64,000 nt of DNA. It comes from Azolla caroliniana (Eukaryota; Plantae; Polypodiophyta). The translations under genes and the position numbers were made by a program. Positions 1 through 10,610 of this stretch are shown here, piece by piece. The stretch spans positions 13,020,001-13,084,000 of the forward strand of contig JBHGNT010000014.1 of the NCBI GenBank assembly GCA_043228905.1, read 5' to 3'. Numbering within the stretch: position 1 is the first letter of the stretch; each line of letters opens with the position of its first letter. The notes beneath the pieces were generated by a model. The model saw only the letters and a list, made by a program, of their open reading frames with translations. It ran no database searches and had not been told where the DNA came from.

Positions 1-597
1 AATGGGAGTGAGCGACCATGCGGTTCTCACTGAGAATTCGAACAACAACGGACGAAGGTATGCAAGTGAAGTGGTCGACTTGATTTCTTCTATTATGAGA
101 GGGTAAATAGTCGAGGTTGACCCAAAACATGACACAGTAGGAAAGTGAGCAGTTGTGACTGTCATTGAAACTAGAAGGTGAGCGATCAAATTCGATCCTC
201 GCCAAAGGAAAATGGCGTGAGACTTAAACTAAAATGAAAATGGAGTGCAAGCGAGCAATGATTCGATCCCCACCAGGAAAGTGAATGGTTGGAACCCCCA
301 TCAGAACTAGAAAGGTGAGCAATCGAAAGCAATCCTCACCAAAATTGTGATGCAAAATGATACCTATAGATGATGACAATGGCAATGAAGAGTGAGGAAT
401 AATGACGGTACTAAAAGACCATGCAAAGTAGTATTGATGATGATGAAGGTTGGGTGCAGATGTGCTAAAAATGATGATGTTGAAGACAACGATGTTGATG
501 ACGATAACTCTAGAAGCAAGGACGGTGATGATGGTAACTATAGAAGAAAAGGCAATGACAAAGACGAGTGATGGTTCTAGTTGGAAAGGATTCAAAC

Positions 598-1028
598 TGT
601 CACAGACACACCAAGTGCGGACTGGGTCAGAGCAGGGATGATGGGGTTATGAGCAACGGGCTATGAACTTGGAGCTAGAAATGACATAAGACCATGAAGA
701 CATAGATAAAGATCAAGAAGGCAAGATGGGGTGAAACGAGAATACTAGATTCATGTGTCAATGACTGGGGCAAGTTTTGAGATTATCTCTAGAATATATC
801 TAACAAATATCTCTAGAATATACCCGTCTAGAATACACCATAGAATATTTCTAGAATACACTAAATGCTCTAGAATATTCTAGAATGTATATATAGTAGA
901 ATATACAATACTTTATTATATATAAGTACATGCTCATATCTAGATGGTTGAGCATGAGGTCTTGTAAATGTGAGGTTGTAGGTTCAATCCTCACTAACTA
1001 CGTTTCTGACGTCACTGTGTCATGACTA
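598..1028 (-). mobile_element. Degenerate chromovirus-type LTR related to solo LTR H; its internal region runs off the left edge (1-597)
   Basis: Starts TGTCACAGACACACCAAG, the reverse complement of the end of LTR H (31091-31110); shares CCAGTCATTGACAC block and TCTAGA/GAAnnTTC repeats; adjacent 585-597 reads GTTTGAATCCTTT on minus strand (PBS position). Right end approximate. Confidence 0.65.
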
Positions 1029-1029
1029 T

Positions 1030-1540
1030 AGTTGTTTACATACCTATATTTAACGTTTAAATACGTATAGTACCTCATCATTTGTATAGTACGTATTATA
1101 CCTCAATGTTGTTCAATCAAATATCATGTACATTTGTCCAATACGATATTTAACGTATTTATAAAAAAACAAGTATAATATGTATTTATAAAAAAACAAG
1201 TATAATATGTATTTATAAAGAAAATGTAAGTAAAACCCTAACAAAAAGCAAAAGAAAAAAAAGATTTTAGTGAAAAAGAAGCCAAAGGAAAGAAGAAAGA
1301 AGAATAGAAGAGACGACGATGAAGAAGAAGAAGAGAGAAAAGAAGACATAAACCTGTCCTGAGTGTGATAATCGCAGTAGATAGAAGAAGAAGAAGAAGA
1401 AAATGAAGAAAAGAGAAACGTAAATGTATTTTACAAGTATTTAACAGATTAAGAGAACGTAGTTAACATATTTTTAAATTAGGAGGTACTATATGGGTAT
1501 TAATACATTAAATACGTATGGTATCCGTACCTAACAAGCT
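1030..1540. mobile_element. Possible MITE-like element with degenerate terminal inverted repeats
   Basis: Left TATTTAACGTTTAAATACGTATAGTACCTC resembles reverse complement of right end (TATTTAATGTATTAATACCCATATAGTACCTC); AT-rich, non-coding, internal ~28-bp duplication and GAA repeats; TSD not resolved. Confidence 0.4.
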
Positions 1541-1589
1541 TGGTCATGAAAACTAGGGCAAACTTTACCAGTGTGATCATTGTATACTG

Positions 1590-1623
1590 GATGTGAGGTC
1601 GTTGCCTCTATTGCAGACATAGC

Positions 1624-1664
<41 letters not shown>

Positions 1665-3646
1665 CTAGCATCTCTGTTGTAACCGCCAATGGGCACCAAA
1701 AATAAACTCAAGGTCAGTACATGTGAGTTCACTTTTTATTTCCTCTCATAGCGATTTTTTTGGAGTTTGTGGGCTCCTGTGGTTTTTATTCGGTTGGAGT
1801 TTTCCATGTTAATATCTTGCGTACAACATTCTCTGTTTTGCTTGTTTCCCCATTCTGCCCTTGAATCTCGGTTGTGGCCAAGTCCATTTTTTGATCAAAC
1901 TGGTATCAAAGCGGAGGTTCATTACCTTCAAGTTAAGAAACAAGGAAGATACATTTGGGGGAATGTTCAAGCTAACTGGCTCCATCTACTCAGTCTAGAA
2001 GTCGAAAATGCCAAAATATGCAAATTATATGCAGCTTTTTGCATAGCTAATTAGTTATGTCAAGAACACAGCTAATTGTTCCCATTCCCATGCTTTCACC
2101 CTCCACCATGGCAGAGCATCTGAATGTCTTCCAAGGGCTCATCAACCAAATCACCTTTGTAGACCTACCTCTAGGACGCGGTACTAGCACTACTATTGTT
2201 GGGATCCCTTCCGGATAGTTGGGAGACACTCGTTGTCACATTGGGGCTTGCCGGACCGGAAGGGAAGCAGTTATCCCTAGAGAAGGTGAAGTCGAGTTTG
2301 CAGAACGAGGAAGCTCGTCGGGAGTATAAAGAGGCAATTTCCGACCTGAAGGCCTTAGTCCTGGAAGGTCATATGGAGGCCTTAGTCACGAATCAGGGAA
2401 GAGGTTGGAATCTGAGTCCCCAAAACTAGGAGAAGTCGAGGACAAGGTCAAAGTCAAGGGGAAGGCCCAAGTGCTTCTATTGTGGGAAGCCAGGCCACTT
2501 CCAAAAGAATTGCCGACACTTCTGAAAGCAGAAAAATCCGAAGAAAATTCTGGATTGGAAAGGCACATCGGCTATAGCAACAAGTGAAGAGGAATTGTTG
2601 CTCATCAGTGAGCAAAGTGAACTAAATCTTGTCGACGATGAATCGCCATGGGTGGTCAATTCGGGTGTGTGCTTTTTTCTAATCTCCGACTGAAAGTGCT
2701 TCTCATCATACAAGACCGGAGACCACAGTCTTGTAATGATGGGAAATGAAGGAGCATGCCAAATTGTCGGCATAGGAGATGTGTGTCTAGGTACATTGAC
2801 CTGGTGTCGACTAGTGTTGAAGGATCTCTAACACGTTCTAGAAGTTCGACTTAATCTGATTTCACCAAGTCGGCTGGATGACGAAGGCTACATGAGTAGG
2901 ATCCGGAACGACGTCACGAAGTTCTACAAATGGAGGCTAATTGTGGGTCGAGCTAGAAAATCCAACATGTTGTATCCGATGCATGCTCGAATATATCAGG
3001 AAGAAGCGAGTGTGGCAATCGACACTACCGGTGAGCTATGGCACAAGAGGTTGTCTCACATGAGCGAGAAGGGGATCCGGAGACTTGCCGATGATAACCT
3101 CATTCAGGAGGTGAAGAACATGCAACTTGAGAAGTGCATTGATTGCCTGGCTGACAAGCAGAACAAAACCTCCTTCCGAACTAGGCCCCCAACAAGGAAG
3201 AAAATGCCGCTGGAACTCGTGCATACGGATGTATGCTACGTGGACACAAAGTCGCATGCTAGTTCACAATATTTTGTGACCTTCATCGATAATTGCAATC
3301 GGAAATAGTGGGCTGCCATATTGAAGACCAAGGACCAGGTGTTGTTGTCCACAACGACTTCCAAGCAAGGGTAGAGAGAGAAACCGGCTGGAAGCTGAAA
3401 GCAATTCGAGCAGAGAACAAAGGAGAGTACCAAGGGCAGTTCAAGGAGTACTACTGGTCGAAGGGAATCCAACTTGAATATACAGTGCCGAAAACGCTAG
3501 AACTGATAGTGCTGGCCAAAAGGATGAACCAGACCATTCTGGAGAGGGTTTGATGTAGGTTAGCACATGCCAAGTTGTCCAAGAAGTTCTGAGCTAAGGC
3601 AATGATGACAACACGGTATATGATAAACAGATCCCTCTCACCCGTC
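1590..3646 (+). mobile_element. Decayed Ty1/copia element E, 5' part (LTR remnant, PBS, gag/PR/INT fragments)
   Basis: PBS TGGTATCAAAGC at 1901-1912; fragments LPDSWETLVVTL, LWHKRLSHMSEKG, LELVHTDVC with stops and frameshifts; same family as intact copia at 10611-15960. Confidence 0.85.
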
Positions 3647-6034
3647 TGTGATAAACAAATCCCAACATCTTGTGTTCTTTCACTCGAAAACGCGAACTGC
3701 ATTGCTAGGTTAATGTAATACACTAACACCAAGAAAGAATAGGACCTCCCTCCTATACAGAAAGGATTCGCCCTCCCTGAAGTGCCCAAATGATAGGGTG
3801 TATAGGACAAATGATAGTTGTACACAATATGAGGGCTTGACCAAGCTGAGTAGAGAAAGTTGTGAATTAAAATAGATTATAACGACCAAGGGAACTATGA
3901 ATTAGAGAGGAAGACTCAAGAAATTAAGACAAAAGATAGAGAAGATGAGAAAGAGATAAGAATATTATAATATTCAACTATCCAGACCATACAAAGGGGA
4001 TAAACTCCAAATTCAACTAAAAACCAAACAACTTCTTGACTTCCAATCACCTAAACCTGCATATGTCTTCGACTATTCTTTCATAATCGCTTTCTCCTTC
4101 GACTACGCCTCCTTCCACTTCTAAGACTCTTTTCTCGTCTATCTAGACCTCTCCTCTGCTCCCTCTCTTTCTTTAAAGATATTACTTCGTCTTTTATAAT
4201 CTTCCTCTTCTTCCTCGTTCACACTATTTTTAGAAGCTTTTTATCTCCTGTTTTTCCGTTAAGACACAACAACCTTCTAATCGTCATATCTCCTTCATCC
4301 GAGCTCCGAAGTTAGAGAATTAAAAAGGTACAGATAACTCTCTATACAAGCTTTCTAACCTATATTCAACATGATATTTGGGTGACAAACGAAAGAGTTA
4401 TGACCATTCCTTTTCGACTGTTTTTGGGTGGCCTGCTTTTTCTCATTTTACTTTTCTCTATGTCTCTTACTTTTAGTTTTGACTTCTTCTTAAGGTCTTG
4501 GTTCGTGTTCTTAGCCTCCAAATGTGAATGCTCCATACCTTATATTCTTCTAATTTTTAATAGCTTGAATTCTTAAAACACTTTCACATTTAGCCCTCCC
4601 CCTTGCTTGTTGAGTGAACCATTTATGGTGAGCTGAAAAAGAAAAAGAATCATCTTCGCCTTATGGTAGGCTATAGACAATGGAGTACAAATATTAAAAC
4701 TATAACAAATTATTGTGTGAGAAAAAATCTCTGTTATGCGGTTGGAAAAAAAAACTCACACTTCTAGACACACACACACACACATTGACAATTGTCACCA
4801 CCATCTTTGTCCTTGTCCACACATAGAAAGAGGTTACCACAATTATTATATCTTCGTCAACTCTCCAAACACAAGTAGGGCCATGGGATACATAACACTT
4901 GATAGAAGTAACCATGTCAACATATGAATGAATCTTTCGAGCGAGCGAACATTTTGCACAAATACCTTCAAAGCTTTGAGACTTGTTGGAATTATCATCT
5001 TTTGAATTACGTCGATCTTTGAATCATCCACATGAATTCCTTCTTGGCACAACACATTGTCCACACTACCTTGTTTTGTATAAATGACCATTTCATTTAC
5101 AATCTCATCTTGGAAAGGAAGTGAAAATTGGTCTTGTTTGAATGAATCATTCAAGGGTTTGAAATCGATCTCATTCTCCTTTGAAACCAGAACCATAGGT
5201 GACACACTTTCAAATCTTCCATCTTATAATTGGAAATTTCTTGTAACCATGCATTGAACTCTTGCATAAATTCTTCCTTTTTTTTAACACTCAATTGGCT
5301 AAGGTTTGGGGAAATCGGTACACTCTCCTTCAGCTTGATGTAGTGTTTGATGCCATCTTCTTCTCTTATTCTGAAACACTCGATAACCACATCTTCCACT
5401 GTGTTAATACAATGTGCCACTCCACCATCTACTACAACCACCCTTGTTGAAGATGACCTACTAATAGGAATTCCCACTTTGTTTACCACAAATTCAGAAA
5501 TCAAGCTTACCCTAGCACCACTATCAACCAAGGCATCTTTGATGTGAAACCCCTTCATGGAGATGGGGATGGTTGGCCGTATGTCCTTTTGATCTTCTAT
5601 TTGCATGATCCCCACGTAATGCACGGTACCCCGACTTTCATGAATACTTGCAAGCTTTCCCCACGCCTTTCGTAATGTGGGAGATAATTGGAGAAGTTGT
5701 GGCCATGTTATCCTTGGTCCACTTGATATATCAATTCATGCTTTCGATTGAAAGATTCTACACCTTCTTCCATAGGAATGTCCTCCATCTTTATCTTCCT
5801 TTTGGAATGTCTCCTTCTCAATTCCTCCTCTTCCTCATTCTCCTTAGACTTCTTGTTTTCTCTCAAGGCACTAGATTCTCCTTCAACTTCTTTCTCCTTT
5901 TGTGAGGCTCTTTTCCTTTTCACATGAGCTACTACACAAGCATTATCACTATCATCAATAAAATTAAGAAGATTCACATTATGAGGAATTGTAGGAACTT
6001 GAGCCATAGGAAGTGTTATGGCTTTGCTTGCTTC

Positions 6035-6329
6035 TGTCATGATATGGCAAGACTCGAACCCATGACCTTAGGTTATATGGGTCGAGCTCTTGACCATTAC
6101 ACCATCTATTGTAATACGTAGGATATTATTTTCATTTACATTTTATTATAGGAAATTAGTGTATATTCCAGATTTCTCTGGAACATTCTAGAAGCTTCAG
6201 GATTACTCCTGAAAACACTATAAAAGAGGGCACTAGGCATTATGTTGAACCAAATTGGTTCAACGCCAGTCTTAAGCCTTTTAGCCACCGTTGTATATTC
6301 TCTTCATATAATAAATATCTTTCTTATCA

Positions 6330-6380
<51 letters not shown>

Positions 6381-6484
6381 GTCTCGCTCACTTCTTCCTT
6401 CTCTCGAAGAAGTTCCACACCTCTCATAGTACTAATCCTTCGTTTAGTACTAACTCCTTCTCTGTCTCAGTACTGTTCATGACA
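6035..6484 (+). repeat. 5' LTR of element A
   Basis: Differs from 16641-17078 by ~2 substitutions and a 12-nt (CT)n length change; TATAAAA at 6219. Confidence 0.97.
6181..6198 (+). promoter_or_regulatory. Perfect 4-unit heat-shock element in chromovirus LTR
   Basis: GAAcaTTCtaGAAgcTTC about 20 bp upstream of TATA; identical in all four A/B LTRs (e.g. 18221-18238). Confidence 0.7.
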
Positions 6485-6486
6485 GT

Positions 6487-6498
6487 TTGAACCAATTT
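6487..6498 (+). promoter_or_regulatory. Self-priming-type primer binding site
   Basis: TTGAACCAATTT is the exact reverse complement of AAATTGGTTCAA at 6252-6263 (33 nt after TATA); no TGG tRNA-type PBS present. Confidence 0.75.
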
Positions 6499-6557
6499 CC
6501 CTACCTTCTGTCTCTCTCATTTCCTACTAATCTTTTATTCCTCTTTTCTTTCATCCC

Positions 6558-7709
6558 ATGGCCACTGTTAGCGCTGAAGAATATCAATCTGTTTTCTCGG
6601 AATTCCAATGCTTGAAGGAGAAGTTCCATGCTTTGGAACAAGAAAACCAACGGTTGCTGGGGGATCTTCAGCAAATCTCCTTAGAAAAGCAGCAAACGCA
6701 ACAACAACATGGGGAACTTGCGTTACGCGTGCAACAACTCGAAGCCACCATCGTAGCGATGCAACAACATGGGCCCGGAACACAAGGGATTCATAAAGAA
6801 CCTAAGATTGGCCTTCCCACGAAGTTCGATGGAACGCGATCGCAGTTTAGAGGGTTCCTTAACCAGGTACGATTAGTTATTCAAATGCATCCTTCCCGAT
6901 ATCCCACCGATGCATCACGAGTGGGTTTAGTAGGCACTTTGTTAAGTGGCTCAGCGTTGTCATGGTTCGCTCCACTATTAGAAAAGGAATCTCCGTTACT
7001 CAACAATTTTGAAGAGTTTCTAGGTGAGTTTAAAGCATGTTTCGGAGATACTGACAGCATCAGGACCGCAATCAACAAAATCCGGCGATTACGCCAAGGT
7101 GACCGTCCAGCCTCCGCATACGCTGCAGATTTTCGCCTACTCGCCGTCGATATCCCTTGGGATGATCAAGCGTTGATGGAGCAATTCCGTTATGGTTTAC
7201 GCAACGACGTCAAGGATTTACTCTTGATCTTCCCTGAAGAGCCAAAGTCCTTAACAGAAGCAATCAGTCGCGCGGTGAGATGTGACAACCGCCTCTTTGA
7301 GCGACGTTCGGAACGACAGCTACAGATGCCGAGGGCAAGATCAGAGCCCACCTACGCCTCAGTGGTAGCAAGACCTTTTCCGAGGGAGTCATATAATGCG
7401 TCTCCAGCGAATACTCCGACTCCGATGGAGATTGACACTACACGTCGTCGAGGGCCATTATCCGAAGAAGAAAAGCAGCGACGCCGTACAAATCGACTAT
7501 GTCTTTACTGCGGTGGACCAGGACATATCGCAATAAATTGCCCCCATAGGCCAAGAAGACAGGTAAACCAAATAGTCGCTAGTTCTAATTGTACTAAATC
7601 CGAACCTATTTCAGTAGGGATATCTGATAGTCCTAATAGTACTAATATCCCAGATCTAGCAAACAAATTTGATGTCCTTAGTCAGTTAGAAGAAGAGTTA
7701 AACGACTAA
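6558..7709 (+). CDS. gag: Gag (retrotransposon/PEG10-like capsid, CCHC zinc knuckle), 383 aa
   Basis: Intact ORF; EPKIGLPTKFDG, PTPMEID, CLYCGGPGHIAINC. Confidence 0.95.
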   Translation: MATVSAEEYQSVFSEFQCLKEKFHALEQENQRLLGDLQQISLEKQQTQQQHGELALRVQQLEATIVAMQQHGPGTQGIHKEPKIGLPTKFDGTRSQFRGFLNQVRLVIQMHPSRYPTDASRVGLVGTLLSGSALSWFAPLLEKESPLLNNFEEFLGEFKACFGDTDSIRTAINKIRRLRQGDRPASAYAADFRLLAVDIPWDDQALMEQFRYGLRNDVKDLLLIFPEEPKSLTEAISRAVRCDNRLFERRSERQLQMPRARSEPTYASVVARPFPRESYNASPANTPTPMEIDTTRRRGPLSEEEKQRRRTNRLCLYCGGPGHIAINCPHRPRRQVNQIVASSNCTKSEPISVGISDSPNSTNIPDLANKFDVLSQLEEELND

Positions 7710-7752
7710 GTCCAGCCAAAATAGGAGCCGTTTGGTTGGACAGCCCTAGATC
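7697..7752 (+). other. Predicted -1 programmed ribosomal frameshift signal
   Basis: G TTA AAC slippery heptamer, 6-nt spacer, 11-bp stem GTCCAGCCAAA/TTTGGTTGGAC, loop TAGG able to pair with downstream CCTA; pol is in the -1 frame and open from the heptamer; conserved in B (19713-19768). Confidence 0.75.
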
Positions 7753-10610
7753 TGTGCAGCCCATTAGTGGTTCCATTCCCTCTAAGCAAGTTAGTGATGT
7801 GTTCGTAGCACAAGTAATAGTTAGTACTAAAAGTACCCCTCCAGTACATGTCCTAGCACTCCTAGATTCCGGAGCTAACTCTTGCTTTATGGATAAGAAA
7901 TTTGCTCAAGCTCATAAGATATCCCTAAGAAAACTCCAGTGTCCAGCCTCTGTAGTAGTCATTGATGGACGTCCCATTGCTTCCGGAAATATCCTAGAAG
8001 AGTCAGAGCCCATTAATATTGTCCTAGATAACTTAGTATGTGTAGTATCATTTAATATTATTAGTATCCCAGAACATCCTATAGTTTTAGGACTACCGTG
8101 GTTCGAGTTACATAACCCTGACATAGATTGGAGAACAAGAGAAATCCGGTGTCGACAAACCCAAGGGTCAACTCAGAAGATGGCAACCATTTCGCTACGT
8201 CAGTTGCGTAAAGAAGGGCACAAGGAGGAAATGTTCCTCTTTGCAATATCAGTAAACCCCTCCAACACCACTAAAGAAGAATCCACCGTTCAACTTCCCG
8301 AGAAGTATCGCCATTACACCGATGTGTTCGATAAAGTACAAGCCAACACACTTCCTCATCATCGACCGTACGATTGCCCCATCGATTTACAACCGGGAAA
8401 AGAGCCGCCATGGGGACCGATCTACAATTTGTCACCAACCGAGCTGGAAGTCCTTCGGGCCTATATAGAGGAGAATTTGGAAAATGGTTTCATTCGGCAT
8501 TCGAAATCTCCAGCCGGTGCGCCCATTTTCTTCGTCAAGAAAAAAGATGGATCGCTTCGTCTCGTTGTAGATTACCGTGGCTTGAATAAGGTTACAATCA
8601 GGAATAGGTATGCTCTTCCCCTTATCTCAAGTCTTTTAGAACGGATCAATGGTGCCAGGTTCTTCACGAAGATCGACTTACGGGGAGCATATAACCTCGT
8701 ACGGATCCGACCAGGAGACGAATGGAAGACCGCGTTTCGCACCAGATATGGGCACTTCGAGTATACTGTCATGCCGTTCGGCCTCACTAATGCGCCGACA
8801 GTCTTCCAGCACATGGCTAATGATATATTCCGAGATCTATTGGATGATTGTTTGATCATCTATTTGGATGATCTATTGGTTTATTCAAAGACCCAAGAAG
8901 AACATGATTCTCATGTACTATTAGTACTAAAACGACTTCGAGAACATGGTCTGTATGCAAAGCTAGAAAAATGTAGTTTCGGGTGCAACCAAGTGGAATT
9001 TCTCGGCTACATCATTTCGTCAGAAGGCATCTCCATGGACCCAGCTAAGGTCAGAACGGTGGTAGAATGGCAGACTCCGCGTTCGGTACGGGATGTCCAA
9101 TGCTTCTTAGGCTTTGCCAATTTTTACCGGAAGTTCATACAGGATTACTCAAAGATCGTTCTACCTCTCACACAACTTACCAGGAAGGGACAACCGTTCA
9201 CCTGGTCTGAAGAAACGGACATGGCTTTCGAGAGTCTTAAAAAAGCATTTACATCGGCTCCAATTCTAGCTCATGTCGATCCGGAGAAACCATTCATTAT
9301 CGAAGCTGATGCATCGGATTTTGCATTGGGGAGCATTCTGTCACAACAGGGGAATGATGAAAAGCTACATCCTGTGGCTTTTCACTCACGCAAGTTTGAT
9401 GCTGCCGAAATCAACTACGAAATCCATGATAAGGAGCTATTGGCAACAATGGATTCTTTTATGCAATGGAGGCATTTTCTGGAGGGATCCTCTCATCCAG
9501 TCACCGTATTTAGTGACCACAAGAATCTTGCCTACTTTCAGGATGCTCGTGTGTTGAATCGACATCAAGCTCGGTGGGCCCACTTCCTCACGCGTTTCGA
9601 CTTCAAAATTACATATCGTCCGGGGAGGCACCAAGGGAAGGCAGATGCATTATCACGGCGTTCGTATCTAGCACCCCGTCCCGGCGAGCCAGCTTTCGAT
9701 AACCAAAAACAAGTCATCTTGGGACCGGCACGATTACAAGCAACACAAATCTTTGACATGCCTATGGATTCCCGCGTTATCGATACCATACGTGAAGACT
9801 TGAAGACAGATGCGTTCGCCCAAGCTATACTAGCACAAATTGATCCCTCTCGAGCGTCGTGTTCACAGTCGCAACCACCAGGTACGGACTATCGGCAATT
9901 CAAATACCATGATGGATTACTCTTCTTTAAAGAACTTTTGTATGTTCCTAATGGTTCTTGCCGCCTTCGAGTAGTACAAAACTGTCATGACACATATACA
10001 GCTGGGCATTTTGGTAGTACTAAAACATTACATTTAGTACAACGATCATTCTGGTGGCCCTGTATGCGACAATTTGTCGAGGATTTTGTTCGGACTTGTG
10101 ATACATGTTGCAGAGCGAAAATGCCAAGGCATCATCCATATGGTTTATTAGAACCATTATCAATTCCAAGCAAGCCGTGGCAATCCATTGCTCTAGACTT
10201 CATCACAGATCTTCCAGTCTCTAAGGGGTTCAATGCGATTCTAACGGTGGTCGATCGATATACGAAGATGGCTCATTTCTTGCCATGTACTAAGGAGATC
10301 TCCAGTGAAGACACTGCCGAAATTGTCATGCGTGAAGTATGTCGGCATCATGGACTCCCCGATAGTATCATCAGCGACCGTGGACCCCAGTTCGTGTCAA
10401 AATTCTGGAAGCACCTTTTTAACATGCTCAAGGTCACTTGTAACCTCTCTTCCGGCTACCACCCACAAACTAACGGCCAAGCTGAACGAACAAATCAAAC
10501 GTTGGAGCAGTATCTGCGGTGCTTTCTCAGCTATCATCAGGACGACTGGGCAGATATTCTCCACTTCGCCGAATTTGCCTATAACAACTCTATCCACGCA
10601 TCCACTAAAG
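7697..10610 (+). CDS. pol: Pol part 1 (protease, RT, RNase H, integrase core)
   Basis: LLDSGA protease, YLDD RT, ADASD RNase H, HHCC and D,D(35)E integrase motifs; interrupted at ...IHASTK by the copia. Confidence 0.95.

Noticed and set aside
1-597. ORFs 224-595 and 450-641
   Set aside because: Low-complexity GAT/ATC-rich leader of a decayed LTR element; no protein motif recognised.
6035-6110. Functional tRNA gene
   Set aside because: A/B boxes present but acceptor, anticodon and T stems do not pair properly; treated as tRNA-derived only.
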